Source of the DNA: Hyphomicrobium sp.
GTDB taxonomy: Bacteria > Pseudomonadota > Alphaproteobacteria > Rhizobiales > Hyphomicrobiaceae
Assembly (NCBI GenBank): GCA_002928395.1
Contig: PEQZ01000001.1
Coordinates: forward strand, 2,325 to 66,324
Length of the DNA: 64,000 bases
Direction: 5' to 3'
Below are positions 43,608 through 52,413 of this stretch, piece after piece. The translations under genes were made by a program, and so were the position numbers. The notes beneath the pieces were generated by a model. The model saw only the letters and a list, made by a program, of their open reading frames with translations. It did no database searches and was not told the origin of the DNA. Each line of letters starts with the position of its first letter. Positions within the stretch are counted from its first letter, which is position 1.

Positions 43608-44573
43608 ATGTCCAAGCCGATGCTGACGAGGTTGGGGTTCTATTCCGTTGCCGTCGCGACGGTTCTGGCCCTCGTGGCCACCGTGGCGGACGCTCGACCC
43701 GGTCGCGGCGGCGGGATCGGTAGCCGGGGCGACCGGACGTTTTCCGCGCCGCCCACCACCAATACCGCACCCAAGGCGGCGGCGCCCATCGACAAGTCCA
43801 TCGCTCAGCCGGGCACGGCAGCAGCGGCAAGCAAGGGCGCCGCGGGAGCAGGCGCGGCCGCCGGTGCGGCGACACAGGCGTCGCGGTTCGGCGGCATGCG
43901 CGGCCTGTTGTTGGGCGGATTGTTCGCCGCGGGCCTCGCCGGCATTTTCGGCGTCGGCGCTCTCGCCAGCGCGCTCGGCTTCATGCTCCAGTTTCTGCTG
44001 ATCGGCGGGTTGATCTGGCTCGCGTACAGCTTCTTCCGCAGCCGGAGCGGGACACCGCAGCCGGTGATGGCTGGTGCCGCGGCATCACCGCCGCGGGCGC
44101 GTCAAGCCACCCAGAATGTCAACCTCCGCGCCGGCACGGCGGCTGGTGGAACGGGGGCGGTGCTGGATATCGGCCCGGCAGACTTCGATGCATTCCAGGC
44201 GCGGCTTGGTGATATCCAGGCCGCCTACGGTCGCAATGACGTGTCGGCACTCGGCGATATGGTGACGCCGGAAATGCTGTCTTACTTCGCGCAGGAGCTG
44301 TCGGCCAACACCCAGAAGGGCGTGCGGAACGAAGTTTCGGACGCCACGCTTCTGCAGGGCGACCTCGCGGAATCCTGGCGTGAGGCAAGCGGCGAGTACG
44401 CGTCGGTCGCGATGCGCTATTCCGTGCTCGACGCCGTGGTCGATACCGCTACTGGCCGCGTCCTCTCGGGCAGCCGAACCACCCCCGAAGAAGTGGTCGA
44501 GGTCTGGACCTTCCGGCGCACGCAGAACGGCAAGCCGTCGGATTGGGAGCTCAGCGCAATCCAGCAGGCGTAA
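43608..44573 (+). CDS. Tim44-like domain-containing protein
   Basis: 321 aa with a signal/anchor (LGFYSVAVATVLALVATVADA), a Gly/Ala-rich region and a TM segment (LQFLLIGGLIWLAYSFF). The C-terminal Tim44-like domain is FDAFQARLGDIQAAYGRNDVSALGDMVTPEMLSYF...EVWTFRR...WELSAIQQ. Confidence 0.8.
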   Translation: MSKPMLTRLGFYSVAVATVLALVATVADARPGRGGGIGSRGDRTFSAPPTTNTAPKAAAPIDKSIAQPGTAAAASKGAAGAGAAAGAATQASRFGGMRGLLLGGLFAAGLAGIFGVGALASALGFMLQFLLIGGLIWLAYSFFRSRSGTPQPVMAGAAASPPRARQATQNVNLRAGTAAGGTGAVLDIGPADFDAFQARLGDIQAAYGRNDVSALGDMVTPEMLSYFAQELSANTQKGVRNEVSDATLLQGDLAESWREASGEYASVAMRYSVLDAVVDTATGRVLSGSRTTPEEVVEVWTFRRTQNGKPSDWELSAIQQA

Positions 44574-44826
44574 ACGACGGGGCTCGCTGGAACACCAGAA
44601 CGAAACGATGGGCTCCGTCATTGCTGGCGGGGCCCTTTCGCGTTGCGCTATCCGGCGGGCATGCGGTTGGGCTTGCAGGCCCCTTGATCGCCGATTGTGG
44701 CTACCCCCGCCGACGTTGTGATCGATCCCGGTCGATGGGACCGGCGATGCCCGCAGGCACCATTTGACCCAGTTCACTGTCAGTGTGCCGTGCCCGTGTG
44801 CCGAGGCGGGTGCGGTTCCTCTCGTT

Positions 44827-44898
44827 TCGCGCATCTGACGTTTGGTACCCGCTCGCGACTGGCCCAGAAGCCAAACGTCAGATGCAAAAGATGCGCGA
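44827..44898. repeat. 15-bp perfect inverted repeat (GCATCTGACGTTTGG / CCAAACGTCAGATGC) with an alternative flanking stem
   Basis: The arms are at 44831-44845 and 44871-44885, with a 25-nt loop. The flanking TCGCGCATC (44827-35) can alternatively pair with GATGCGCGA (44890-98). It lies in the 380-bp convergent gap between the Tim44-like gene and dctM. There is no U-tract on either strand. Confidence 0.8.
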
Positions 44899-44954
44899 GA
44901 ACCATTGCCTTGGGCGTGTTCTGAGCCGCAGCCGACAAGGCTCTAGGCCCAGCT

Positions 44955-46271
44955 TCAGTTCCTCAGATATCGCGGCAGCCAGAGTGCGATCTCGGGGAAG
45001 CAGAAGACAATGGCGAGCCCGATCAGTTGCAGGATCATGAATTGCCCCATGCCGGCGTAGATGTCTGACAGCTTCCAGTCCGGCACCACGCCCTTGAGGA
45101 AGTAGGCCGACAGCGCCACGGGTGGTGACAGCCATGCCGTCTGCAGGCACATGGCCACCAGCGTGCAGAACCATACCAGATCGATGCCGAGCTTCTGCAC
45201 CAAAGGCAGCATGATCGGAATGACGATCAGGACGATCGGCACCCATTCCAGCGGCCATGCAAGCAGGAAAATCAAGCCGAGGATGAGCCACAGCATCACC
45301 ATCGGCGAGAACGGCAGTTCCAGCATCGCGTCAGCGATCATCGTGGCGGTGCCCAGCCGCGAGAAGATAGCGCCGAAATAATTCGACGCCGCGACCAGCA
45401 GCAGGATCATGCAGCTCACTTCCAGCGTCGCGTAGACCGCGCGCTTGAGCTTGAGCCAGCTCATGGTGCGGGTAGCCAACGTCAGCAGGAATACGACGAA
45501 CGCGCCGATGGCGCCTGCGTCCGTCGGTGTCGCGATGCCGGCGAGAATAACGCCGAGTGTCGCCAGAATCACCACCACCACGGGGATAACGCCGATCGAG
45601 AGTTCTGCCACAACCTCCCACTTGCTTTCGGTGCGCTCGTCCATCGGCAGCGGCGGCCCGAGCGAGGGATCGAGGTGGCAGCGGCCAAGGCAATAGGCGA
45701 CATAGATGGTGGCCAACAGCAGACCGGGAAACACTGCGGCGGCAAACAAGTCCGTCGTCGGCACGCCCACCACCGGTCCCATGACGATCAGCATCACACT
45801 CGGCGGAATGAGGATGCCGAGCGTGCCGCCGGCCGTGATCGCGCCAGCCGAAAGCCGGATGTCGTAGCCGGAACGTTTCATCGAAGGCGCCGCCATGACG
45901 CCGAGCAGGGTCACCGACGAGCCGACGATGCCGGTCGCCGCCGCGAAGATCGTCGCGGTGATGAGCACGGCCAGATACAGCGAGCCCTTGACGCCGGCCA
46001 GCAGCTGCTGCACGCCGCGGAACAGCCGTTCCATGAGACCCGACTGTTCGAGCAGGTAGCCCATGAACAGAAAGAACGGCACCGAGGCGAGCGACGTCTC
46101 CTTCATCACGGAAAAGAACTGCAGCGTCATCAGATGCAGCGCGACGTCGCCAAGCGCCCAGTAGCCGACACCGAGCGCGATGGCGATCAACGTGAACGAG
46201 ATCGGAAAGCCGATGAAGATCGCGATGAACAGTATGCCGAGCGCGATCAGTCCGTACCATTCGTTAGACAC
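44955..46271 (-). CDS. TRAP transporter large permease (DctM family; candidate IseM)
   Basis: 438 aa from the GTG at 46271, which overlaps the dctQ stop by 8 nt (GTGTCTAA). It is a multi-TM DctM-type sequence. The track ORF extension to 46364 overlaps dctQ. Confidence 0.85.
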   Translation of the reverse strand: MSNEWYGLIALGILFIAIFIGFPISFTLIAIALGVGYWALGDVALHLMTLQFFSVMKETSLASVPFFLFMGYLLEQSGLMERLFRGVQQLLAGVKGSLYLAVLITATIFAAATGIVGSSVTLLGVMAAPSMKRSGYDIRLSAGAITAGGTLGILIPPSVMLIVMGPVVGVPTTDLFAAAVFPGLLLATIYVAYCLGRCHLDPSLGPPLPMDERTESKWEVVAELSIGVIPVVVVILATLGVILAGIATPTDAGAIGAFVVFLLTLATRTMSWLKLKRAVYATLEVSCMILLLVAASNYFGAIFSRLGTATMIADAMLELPFSPMVMLWLILGLIFLLAWPLEWVPIVLIVIPIMLPLVQKLGIDLVWFCTLVAMCLQTAWLSPPVALSAYFLKGVVPDWKLSDIYAGMGQFMILQLIGLAIVFCFPEIALWLPRYLRN

Positions 46272-46851
46272 TGGGCCTCTCCTCGACCGCGACGGCTGGA
46301 ATGGGGTGCGGACGGGTGATCCACACGCCGGTCCTGGCGGCATGGATGGAGCGCAAGAGTTCACTCAGTCCCTGGATGAGCAGCAACAGGCAGGTGAGCG
46401 GCATCGTCGCCTTCAGAGGCCAGATCAGTGGAAGCCAGGGCGACGTCACGCTGCGTTCGTTGCGGCCGTAGGACACGAGGAAGTAATCCCAGGTGACGTA
46501 GAGAAAGCAGAGGAGCGGCGGGAAGAAGAACAGCACATAGCAGATCGCATCGACGGTTCCCTGCGTCTGCGGAGACCAGGAGCCATAGAACGAATCCGTT
46601 CGGATGTGCCCGCCCCGCATCAGCGTGTAGGCCGATCCCAGCATGAAGAATGCGCCATAGGACATGAAAGTCATGTCGTAGGCCCAGATCGTCGGGGCAT
46701 TGAACGCGTAGCGCGCAATGACTTCGTAGACGAGGCTCATGATCATCGGCACGATCAGCCAGCCCACGATCGTGCCGGACCAGAGCCCGGCTTTGTCGAG
46801 GGTGTGGACCGCGCGAACGATAGGGGCGTCGGCTCGACCATCTGCTGTCAT
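46264..46851 (-). CDS. TRAP transporter small permease (DctQ family; candidate IseL)
   Basis: 195 aa with 4 TM segments, in the typical position between the DctP and DctM genes. Confidence 0.8.
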   Translation of the reverse strand: MTADGRADAPIVRAVHTLDKAGLWSGTIVGWLIVPMIMSLVYEVIARYAFNAPTIWAYDMTFMSYGAFFMLGSAYTLMRGGHIRTDSFYGSWSPQTQGTVDAICYVLFFFPPLLCFLYVTWDYFLVSYGRNERSVTSPWLPLIWPLKATMPLTCLLLLIQGLSELLRSIHAARTGVWITRPHPIPAVAVEERPSV

Positions 46852-46945
46852 GGCGATTGTCGTACCTCTTGCTTCGCGGGGCCGTTATCCGGCCCGGGCG
46901 TACAACTTCGGAAGCAGATCAAGGACGTGTGCGGCAAGGGCCAAA

Positions 46946-46976
46946 GCCAGCGGCGAATGCAACGTGCGCCGCTGGC
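46946..46976 (-). terminator. Intercistronic hairpin after the TRAP binding-protein gene (attenuator/stabiliser type)
   Basis: On the minus strand: GCCAGCGGCG-cacgttgcatt-CGCCGCTGGC followed by TTTGG, a perfect 10-bp stem. It starts 9 nt after the dctP stop. Confidence 0.45.
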
Positions 46977-46984
46977 TTCGGTGG

Positions 46985-48082
46985 TCACTTCTTCTCGAGC
47001 GCGGAATTGCCGAGTTGCGAGTAGAGGTCGATGATCTTGGTCCAGTAAGGCACCACGGTCTTGGCGAAGTTCCGCTGGCTGTCGAGCACTTCCTTGAAGA
47101 ACGGGTCTTTGGCCGAGTACCGCTCGAGCACCACGTTGGTGGCGCGGACGAACTCGGGGAAGAAGTCCTTCGGCGTGTCGAGAATCTGCACGCCGTGCTT
47201 TTCACGCAGCTCGATCACGGCCTGGGCGTTGCGCCAGACGTTGAACGAGTACGTCTCGGTCATCGACGCGAGTGCGGCCGTCTTCAGGATTTCTTTCAGA
47301 TCAGGCGTCAGCTTGTTGTAAAAATCCTTGTTCCACAACAGCTCACCCACGTCCGTCGACTGGTGCAGGCCCTGCAAATAGTAGTACTTCCAGACCGTGT
47401 GCAGGCCGAGGTTGCGGTCGTCCGCGGGGCCGATCCATTCGGCCGCGTCTATGGTGCCGCGTTGGGCGGCGGGCACGATTTCACCGCCGGGCATGGCGAC
47501 CGCGGCTACGCCCATCTCCTTGAAGATCTCGCCAGTGATGCCGGGCGGCGAACGATACTTGAACGTCTTGAAGTCGGCGACGTCCTTGATCGGGCGCTTG
47601 AACCAGCCAAGCGGATCTGGGCCCATGGGCTGCACCATCTGCGGCACGACTTTGAGCTTCAGAATGTCGGTATAGAATTTCTCGAGCAGTTGATTGCCGC
47701 CGCCTTCCAACAGCCATGCGACGTGCGAGATCTGATCGAGGCCCGCGCCGGCGCCCGCCATCGGGTTGGAGAACAGGCCTGCGGTCGGGTTCTTGCCCGA
47801 CCAGTAGTGCGTCCAGGCATAGCCGCCCTCGACGATGCCCTTGTCAACGGCGTCGAGGATTTCAAACGCCGGCACGATCGCGCCGTCCGGCAGCACCTCG
47901 ATTTTCAATCGTCCGTTCGACATCTTGTCGACCCGGTCGGCGTAGCGCTTCAAAAGCTCGAAATAGATGCTGGCCGAGGGCACCGCGGTCTGCATCCGCA
48001 CCTTCTGCTGCGCCCAAGCGTTCATCGAGCCCGCGCCCACGGCGAGCGCCATCAAGCAGATACTGAGCAGTCGTCGTAACAT
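46985..48082 (-). CDS. TRAP transporter substrate-binding protein (DctP family; candidate IseK)
   Basis: 365 aa. The signal peptide is MLRRLLSICLMALAVGAGSMNAWA, followed by a DctP-type fold pattern. Confidence 0.85.
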   Translation of the reverse strand: MLRRLLSICLMALAVGAGSMNAWAQQKVRMQTAVPSASIYFELLKRYADRVDKMSNGRLKIEVLPDGAIVPAFEILDAVDKGIVEGGYAWTHYWSGKNPTAGLFSNPMAGAGAGLDQISHVAWLLEGGGNQLLEKFYTDILKLKVVPQMVQPMGPDPLGWFKRPIKDVADFKTFKYRSPPGITGEIFKEMGVAAVAMPGGEIVPAAQRGTIDAAEWIGPADDRNLGLHTVWKYYYLQGLHQSTDVGELLWNKDFYNKLTPDLKEILKTAALASMTETYSFNVWRNAQAVIELREKHGVQILDTPKDFFPEFVRATNVVLERYSAKDPFFKEVLDSQRNFAKTVVPYWTKIIDLYSQLGNSALEKK

Positions 48083-48182
48083 GGCAGTCTCCTCCTTCGG
48101 TCTTGTCGACGTTTTCGTCCCATATTCGGTTGACCGGCCATTCGGCCTTCATGTTGCCCGGTCTTTGCCAGACCGTCGAAGC

Positions 48183-49832
48183 CTATCCTGTTGCAGTGCT
48201 TTGGACCCTCCCAGAAATCGGACCGGTGTCCGCCGCATCGGCTTGGATCATGTCGGCGGCCTTTTCGCCGATCATGATCGCCGGCAGGTTGGTGTTGCCA
48301 GAGACGAGCGTCGGCATGATCGAGCAGTCGGCCACCCACAGCGCCTCGATCCCGCGCACGCGGAGGCGGGAATCAACCACCGCTGCCTTGTCGGCGCCCA
48401 TCCTGCAGGTCCCTGACGGATGGAAGATCGTCGCACCATGGTCTCGCGCAAACTGCAAGAGTGCGTCATCGGTGACGGCGCCAGCGCCGGGCAGCATCTC
48501 CTCCGCCACATAATTCGAGAGCGGCGCCGTGCCCGCCAGCCGCCGCGCGAACGCAATGGCGGCGACGACACAACGCCGGTCGCCTTCGGTGCTGAGGTAG
48601 TTTGCCTGGATGCGCGGCGCCGCAGTTGGATCGCTGCTCGAGAGGGTGATACGGCCGCGGCTTTCTGGCCGCAATTGGCAGACCGAGAGCGTGAAGCCCG
48701 AGTAGGGATGCGGCTTGGCGCCAGCCATATCCGCGCTGAGGGTCGCAATATGGAACTGGATATCCGGCGTCTTCGAGTGACGAAGAACGCGCGTGAACAG
48801 TCCGCCCTGATTGATGCCGATCGCCAAGGGGCCTGCCCGCGCAAGCAGCCATTGGGCGCCGATCTTGATCTGGCCGAATACCGAATTCAACTCGTCGTTC
48901 GTGGTGATCGGTTTCGCGCATTTGTAGATCAGCCGGATCTGGAGGTGATCCTGGAGGTTCTCACCGACGTGGGCGCGGTCCACGATGACGGCGATGCCGT
49001 GCCTTTTCAACTCCTCCGCTGGCCCGATGCCGGACAGCATCAAGAGCTGCGGTGATTGCAGCGCACCGGCCGACAGCACGACGCCGAGACGCGCCGTCAG
49101 CCGGCGGTCCGTGCCATCGTGACGGAACTCGACGCCAGTTGCGCGCCGGCCCTGCAATAGAACGCGGCTCGCGTGTGCGCCTGTCAGAACTGCGAGGTTC
49201 TGGCGGCCGCGTGCGGGCTTCAGATAGGCCTTCGCTGCACTGACCCGCAGTCCGTTGCGCGTTGTCAGCTGGTAATAGCCGACACCCTCCTGTCGTGCGC
49301 CGTTGAAGTCCGCGGTGCGCGGCACGCCCAGGCGCCCCGCCGCTTCGATCACCGCCTCGATCAACTCGTGCTTGCGTGGAATGCTGCTGACGCTCACGGG
49401 GCCCCACTGCCCGTGATGTTGCGAACCGGTGAATTCGGAATTGGTCTCGAGCTTGAGGAAGTACGGGAACACGTCGTTCCAGCCCCAGCCCGCGCAATCG
49501 AGATCGCGCCAACGGTCGTAGTCCTCCCGCTGGCCCCTGATTGCGATCAGTCCGTTGATCGAGCTCGATCCACCGAGGACGCGACCACGCGGCCAATAGA
49601 TCTGGCGGCCGCCCATCTCGGGTTCTGGCTCGGTCTTGAATCTCCAGTTGACCCGCTCGTCCCACATCGTCTTGCCGTAGCCGAGCGGCAGGTGGATCCA
49701 AGGATTGCTGTCTTTGGGGCCGGATTCGAGCAGCGCGACGGTGAAACGCCCGTTCTCCGAAAGGCGGCTCGCGACCGCGCATCCAGACGAACCGGCGCCG
49801 ACGACTATGAAATCGTAGCTCGTCTTGTTCAT
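48183..49832 (-). CDS. GMC family FAD oxidoreductase (choline-dehydrogenase-like; candidate isethionate dehydrogenase IseJ)
   Basis: 549 aa. The N-terminal motif is YDFIVVGAGSSGCAVASRLSE, with GMC signatures (GGSSSINGL..., ...HPSGTCRMG...). It is the first gene of an operon with the TRAP genes and is divergent from an IclR regulator gene. Confidence 0.85.
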   Translation of the reverse strand: MNKTSYDFIVVGAGSSGCAVASRLSENGRFTVALLESGPKDSNPWIHLPLGYGKTMWDERVNWRFKTEPEPEMGGRQIYWPRGRVLGGSSSINGLIAIRGQREDYDRWRDLDCAGWGWNDVFPYFLKLETNSEFTGSQHHGQWGPVSVSSIPRKHELIEAVIEAAGRLGVPRTADFNGARQEGVGYYQLTTRNGLRVSAAKAYLKPARGRQNLAVLTGAHASRVLLQGRRATGVEFRHDGTDRRLTARLGVVLSAGALQSPQLLMLSGIGPAEELKRHGIAVIVDRAHVGENLQDHLQIRLIYKCAKPITTNDELNSVFGQIKIGAQWLLARAGPLAIGINQGGLFTRVLRHSKTPDIQFHIATLSADMAGAKPHPYSGFTLSVCQLRPESRGRITLSSSDPTAAPRIQANYLSTEGDRRCVVAAIAFARRLAGTAPLSNYVAEEMLPGAGAVTDDALLQFARDHGATIFHPSGTCRMGADKAAVVDSRLRVRGIEALWVADCSIMPTLVSGNTNLPAIMIGEKAADMIQADAADTGPISGRVQSTATG

Positions 49833-49928
49833 GCGGAGTCACTCCCGGCGCCCGTTCTTGTGGACGGGTCGCAGCACGAACATCCTCCAATGCTGGACGG
49901 GCCGTCAACATGAAAGTGAAACAGTATA

Positions 49929-49943
49929 TTCCGTTCAACGGAA
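49929..49943. promoter_or_regulatory. Palindrome TTCCGTT-C-AACGGAA in the GMC/IclR divergent promoter region
   Basis: A perfect 7-bp inverted repeat with a 1-nt spacer, in the AT-rich 155-bp gap between 49832 and 49989. It is a candidate IclR operator. Confidence 0.3.
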
Positions 49944-49988
49944 ATGTTTTATAGTCTCAGCGGTCACCTCGAACCTCCGAGCAGTCCG

Positions 49989-50804
49989 ATGTTGCAACGC
50001 CGCACAGGAACACCAAGGCGCGGGGCCACGACGCAGCGCACGATCGCCGGCCAGCAGTGCCGGCCGGTGTTGACACGTGCGCTCGCTGTGATCGAGGCCA
50101 TCGCGGGCGTCAAGCAACCGGTCGCGCTCGTCGAACTGGCCCGGCGGGTGGCGCTGCCGCCGGCGACCGTCTATCGCCTTTGCCAGCGGCTCGAGGACGA
50201 CGGCTACATCGTACGCGAAGGCGGGTCGCGGAGGTACGCGCTCGGCGCCCGGCTGATGCGGCTTGGGATCGCGATCATGCGTGCTGGCGGAGCATCGAGC
50301 GTGCGGCACGATATTCTGAAGGCTCTCGTCGAGCGCATCGGCGAAACGTGCAATCTGACGATGCTGGCGGGCAGCGACGTGCTCTATCTCGATCGCGTCG
50401 AGACGCGTTGGCCGTTGCGATTGAGCTTGGAGCCGGGGTCGCGTGTGCCCCTCCATTGCACGGCCAGCGGCAAGCTGTTCCTCGCGTTTTTGCCAAAGCC
50501 GGCGCGCAACACTATTCTCGATGTGCTGCCCATGCCGGCGCATACGCCAAGGTCGCTCACTGATCGGCTCAGCCTCGAGCGAGATCTCAATCGCATCGCG
50601 CGGCGCGGCTACAGCACGGACGACGAGGAGTTCCTGGCCGGGCTGATCGCCGTCGCCGTGCCTGTGACCGACAGCTCGGGCACGGTCATCGCGGCTGTCG
50701 CCTGCCATGCACCCGTTGCCCGGTTGAATCTCAAATCCGCGGTTGCCGCAGTTCCGCTGCTCACCGCGGCCGCGGCCAAAATCGCGGCGACATTTGTCGA
50801 CTGA
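49989..50804 (+). CDS. IclR family transcriptional regulator (candidate IseR)
   Basis: 271 aa from the ATG at 49989. The HTH is LTRALAVIEAIAGVKQPVALVELARRVALPPATVYRLCQRLEDDGYIV, followed by a C-terminal IclR effector domain (...CTASGKLFLAFLP...GYSTDDEEFLAGLIAVAVPV). Confidence 0.8.
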   Translation: MLQRRTGTPRRGATTQRTIAGQQCRPVLTRALAVIEAIAGVKQPVALVELARRVALPPATVYRLCQRLEDDGYIVREGGSRRYALGARLMRLGIAIMRAGGASSVRHDILKALVERIGETCNLTMLAGSDVLYLDRVETRWPLRLSLEPGSRVPLHCTASGKLFLAFLPKPARNTILDVLPMPAHTPRSLTDRLSLERDLNRIARRGYSTDDEEFLAGLIAVAVPVTDSSGTVIAAVACHAPVARLNLKSAVAAVPLLTAAAAKIAATFVD

Positions 50805-51080
50805 ACCCTATCTCACTTGCCGCTTGCAGACGGCTCCGGCCCTCGATGGGAGTGCCGGCCGATGCCCGTGCGGGTCGGAGTGCCGGGAGCTTGTCCCACG
50901 GATTTGACTTGCAAGTCTCAAAAGGAGATGTTTCAGGATTGTCGCGACAGGTTCCATTCATTCGGCCACCCCCGCGGGGCCTTTGTTTGGCTTCGTTCAT
51001 TTCGGTGCTCGCCGCACATTCGGCCCATTTACTGGCCGGTAACCGGTCGTCACTGCCAGAAGTGGATCGCGCGCGGGGGA

Positions 51081-52217
51081 ATGATGAAGCGGATCGCCAT
51101 CTTTTTCGATGGAACTTGGAACGACGTCGACGGCGACGCGCCACTCACGAATGTCGCAAAGCTGCACAAGGCTCTCAGATCTGCCGACGGCAACCGTTTC
51201 AGGCAAGTCGGGCACTACGTCGAGGGTATCGCCTCGTCCATGGGCGAGATCGCGCAATTCCTGAAGGGCGCCGTCGGCTACGGCGTCGAGGAGCGGATCC
51301 AGCGGGCCTATGGGCTTCTGGCGGCGGACTACGAGCCGAGCGACGAGATCCACATCTTCGGCTTCTCGCGGGGCGCATACCAGTCTCGGAGTCTCGCGTC
51401 GCTCATCACCTTGTTCGGGGTGCCGAAGCACGGCGCAGGCTTCGATCCTGCCAAGGCGTGGGCGCTCTACCGAACGCGCGAGAGCCGGCGCAACGACACC
51501 GACGTCGCCGCGTTGCGGGCTGCGGCGCACTACCCGGTTCGCATCAAGTGCGTGGGCGTCTGGGATACGGTCGGCAATCTGGGCAATCCGTTCGTTTCTG
51601 GGTTCGTGTCGCGAAAGTTCGCATTCCACGACGTTCGCCTCACGGATCAGATCGAGACCGGACTGCACGCGCTTTCGATCGACGACGTGCGCGGTCCCTT
51701 CCGGCCGTCGCTATGGACGCTGCCCGAGGGGCAAATGCTCGCGCCCAATCAGCACATCGAACAGGTCTGGTTCGCTGGCAGTCATGCCGATGTCGGTGGC
51801 GGCTTTGCCGAAACGGCGCTATCCGACATCGCGCTTCGCTGGATGGCGGAACGGGCTACGGCGACCACGGGTATTGCCTTCGACGACGCGCTGATCGCAA
51901 GGACGACGCACCCTGATCCGCTCGGCCCGCAGCATTCGTCTGCAACAGGGTCCATATTCTTTTGGAGCGGGCTGTTCCCGTTCATCCGGCTGATCAGGCA
52001 GGCCAAGGATGCAATCCCGCCGCTGCGGCGCATGCTGATCGGCTCGTGGCGGTCTGGCACGCTGCCGCGCGGACAGGTTTCGATCAACGAGCGAATTCAC
52101 GAAAGCGTCGAGCAGCGGTTCGGTGCGCGGATCATCGAACTGGCTGCCGGCCGGGCCCGCACGAAGACCTACCAGCCGGGCAATCTGATTCCGGTCATCA
52201 AGAAAAAGACGACGTAA
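51081..52217 (+). CDS. DUF2235 domain protein (T6SS Tle1-like alpha/beta-hydrolase family)
   Basis: 378 aa from the ATG at 51081. It has MKRIAIFFDGTWND, a GxSxG nucleophile elbow (IFGFSRGAYQSRSL), and VWDTVG and FAGSHADVGGG motifs, all hallmarks of DUF2235 as I recall them. Confidence 0.75.
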   Translation: MMKRIAIFFDGTWNDVDGDAPLTNVAKLHKALRSADGNRFRQVGHYVEGIASSMGEIAQFLKGAVGYGVEERIQRAYGLLAADYEPSDEIHIFGFSRGAYQSRSLASLITLFGVPKHGAGFDPAKAWALYRTRESRRNDTDVAALRAAAHYPVRIKCVGVWDTVGNLGNPFVSGFVSRKFAFHDVRLTDQIETGLHALSIDDVRGPFRPSLWTLPEGQMLAPNQHIEQVWFAGSHADVGGGFAETALSDIALRWMAERATATTGIAFDDALIARTTHPDPLGPQHSSATGSIFFWSGLFPFIRLIRQAKDAIPPLRRMLIGSWRSGTLPRGQVSINERIHESVEQRFGARIIELAAGRARTKTYQPGNLIPVIKKKTT

Positions 52218-52413
52218 GTACTCATGCCGGGGAGAAGGCCGCGCACCACCGCCGCAGGGTCGCGGCGGAGCGGTGCTGCACCTACTCTCAGCGAGCAGGA
52301 CACGGCAGGCGAACGGTGCGGCTGCGGCTCCGGATGTACCACGTGCGGCTCCACTGGGCACGAAACCGGCGCCGGTCAGAGCGCAAGTCGTAAAGGCGGA
52401 GTGATCGGCGACA

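Noticed and set aside
44697-44924. 75-aa Cys-rich ORF spanning the 15-bp inverted repeat
   Set aside because: Its cysteines derive from TGC/TGT in the repeat arms. It has weak codon bias and no RBS. The inverted-repeat structure explains the sequence better than coding does.
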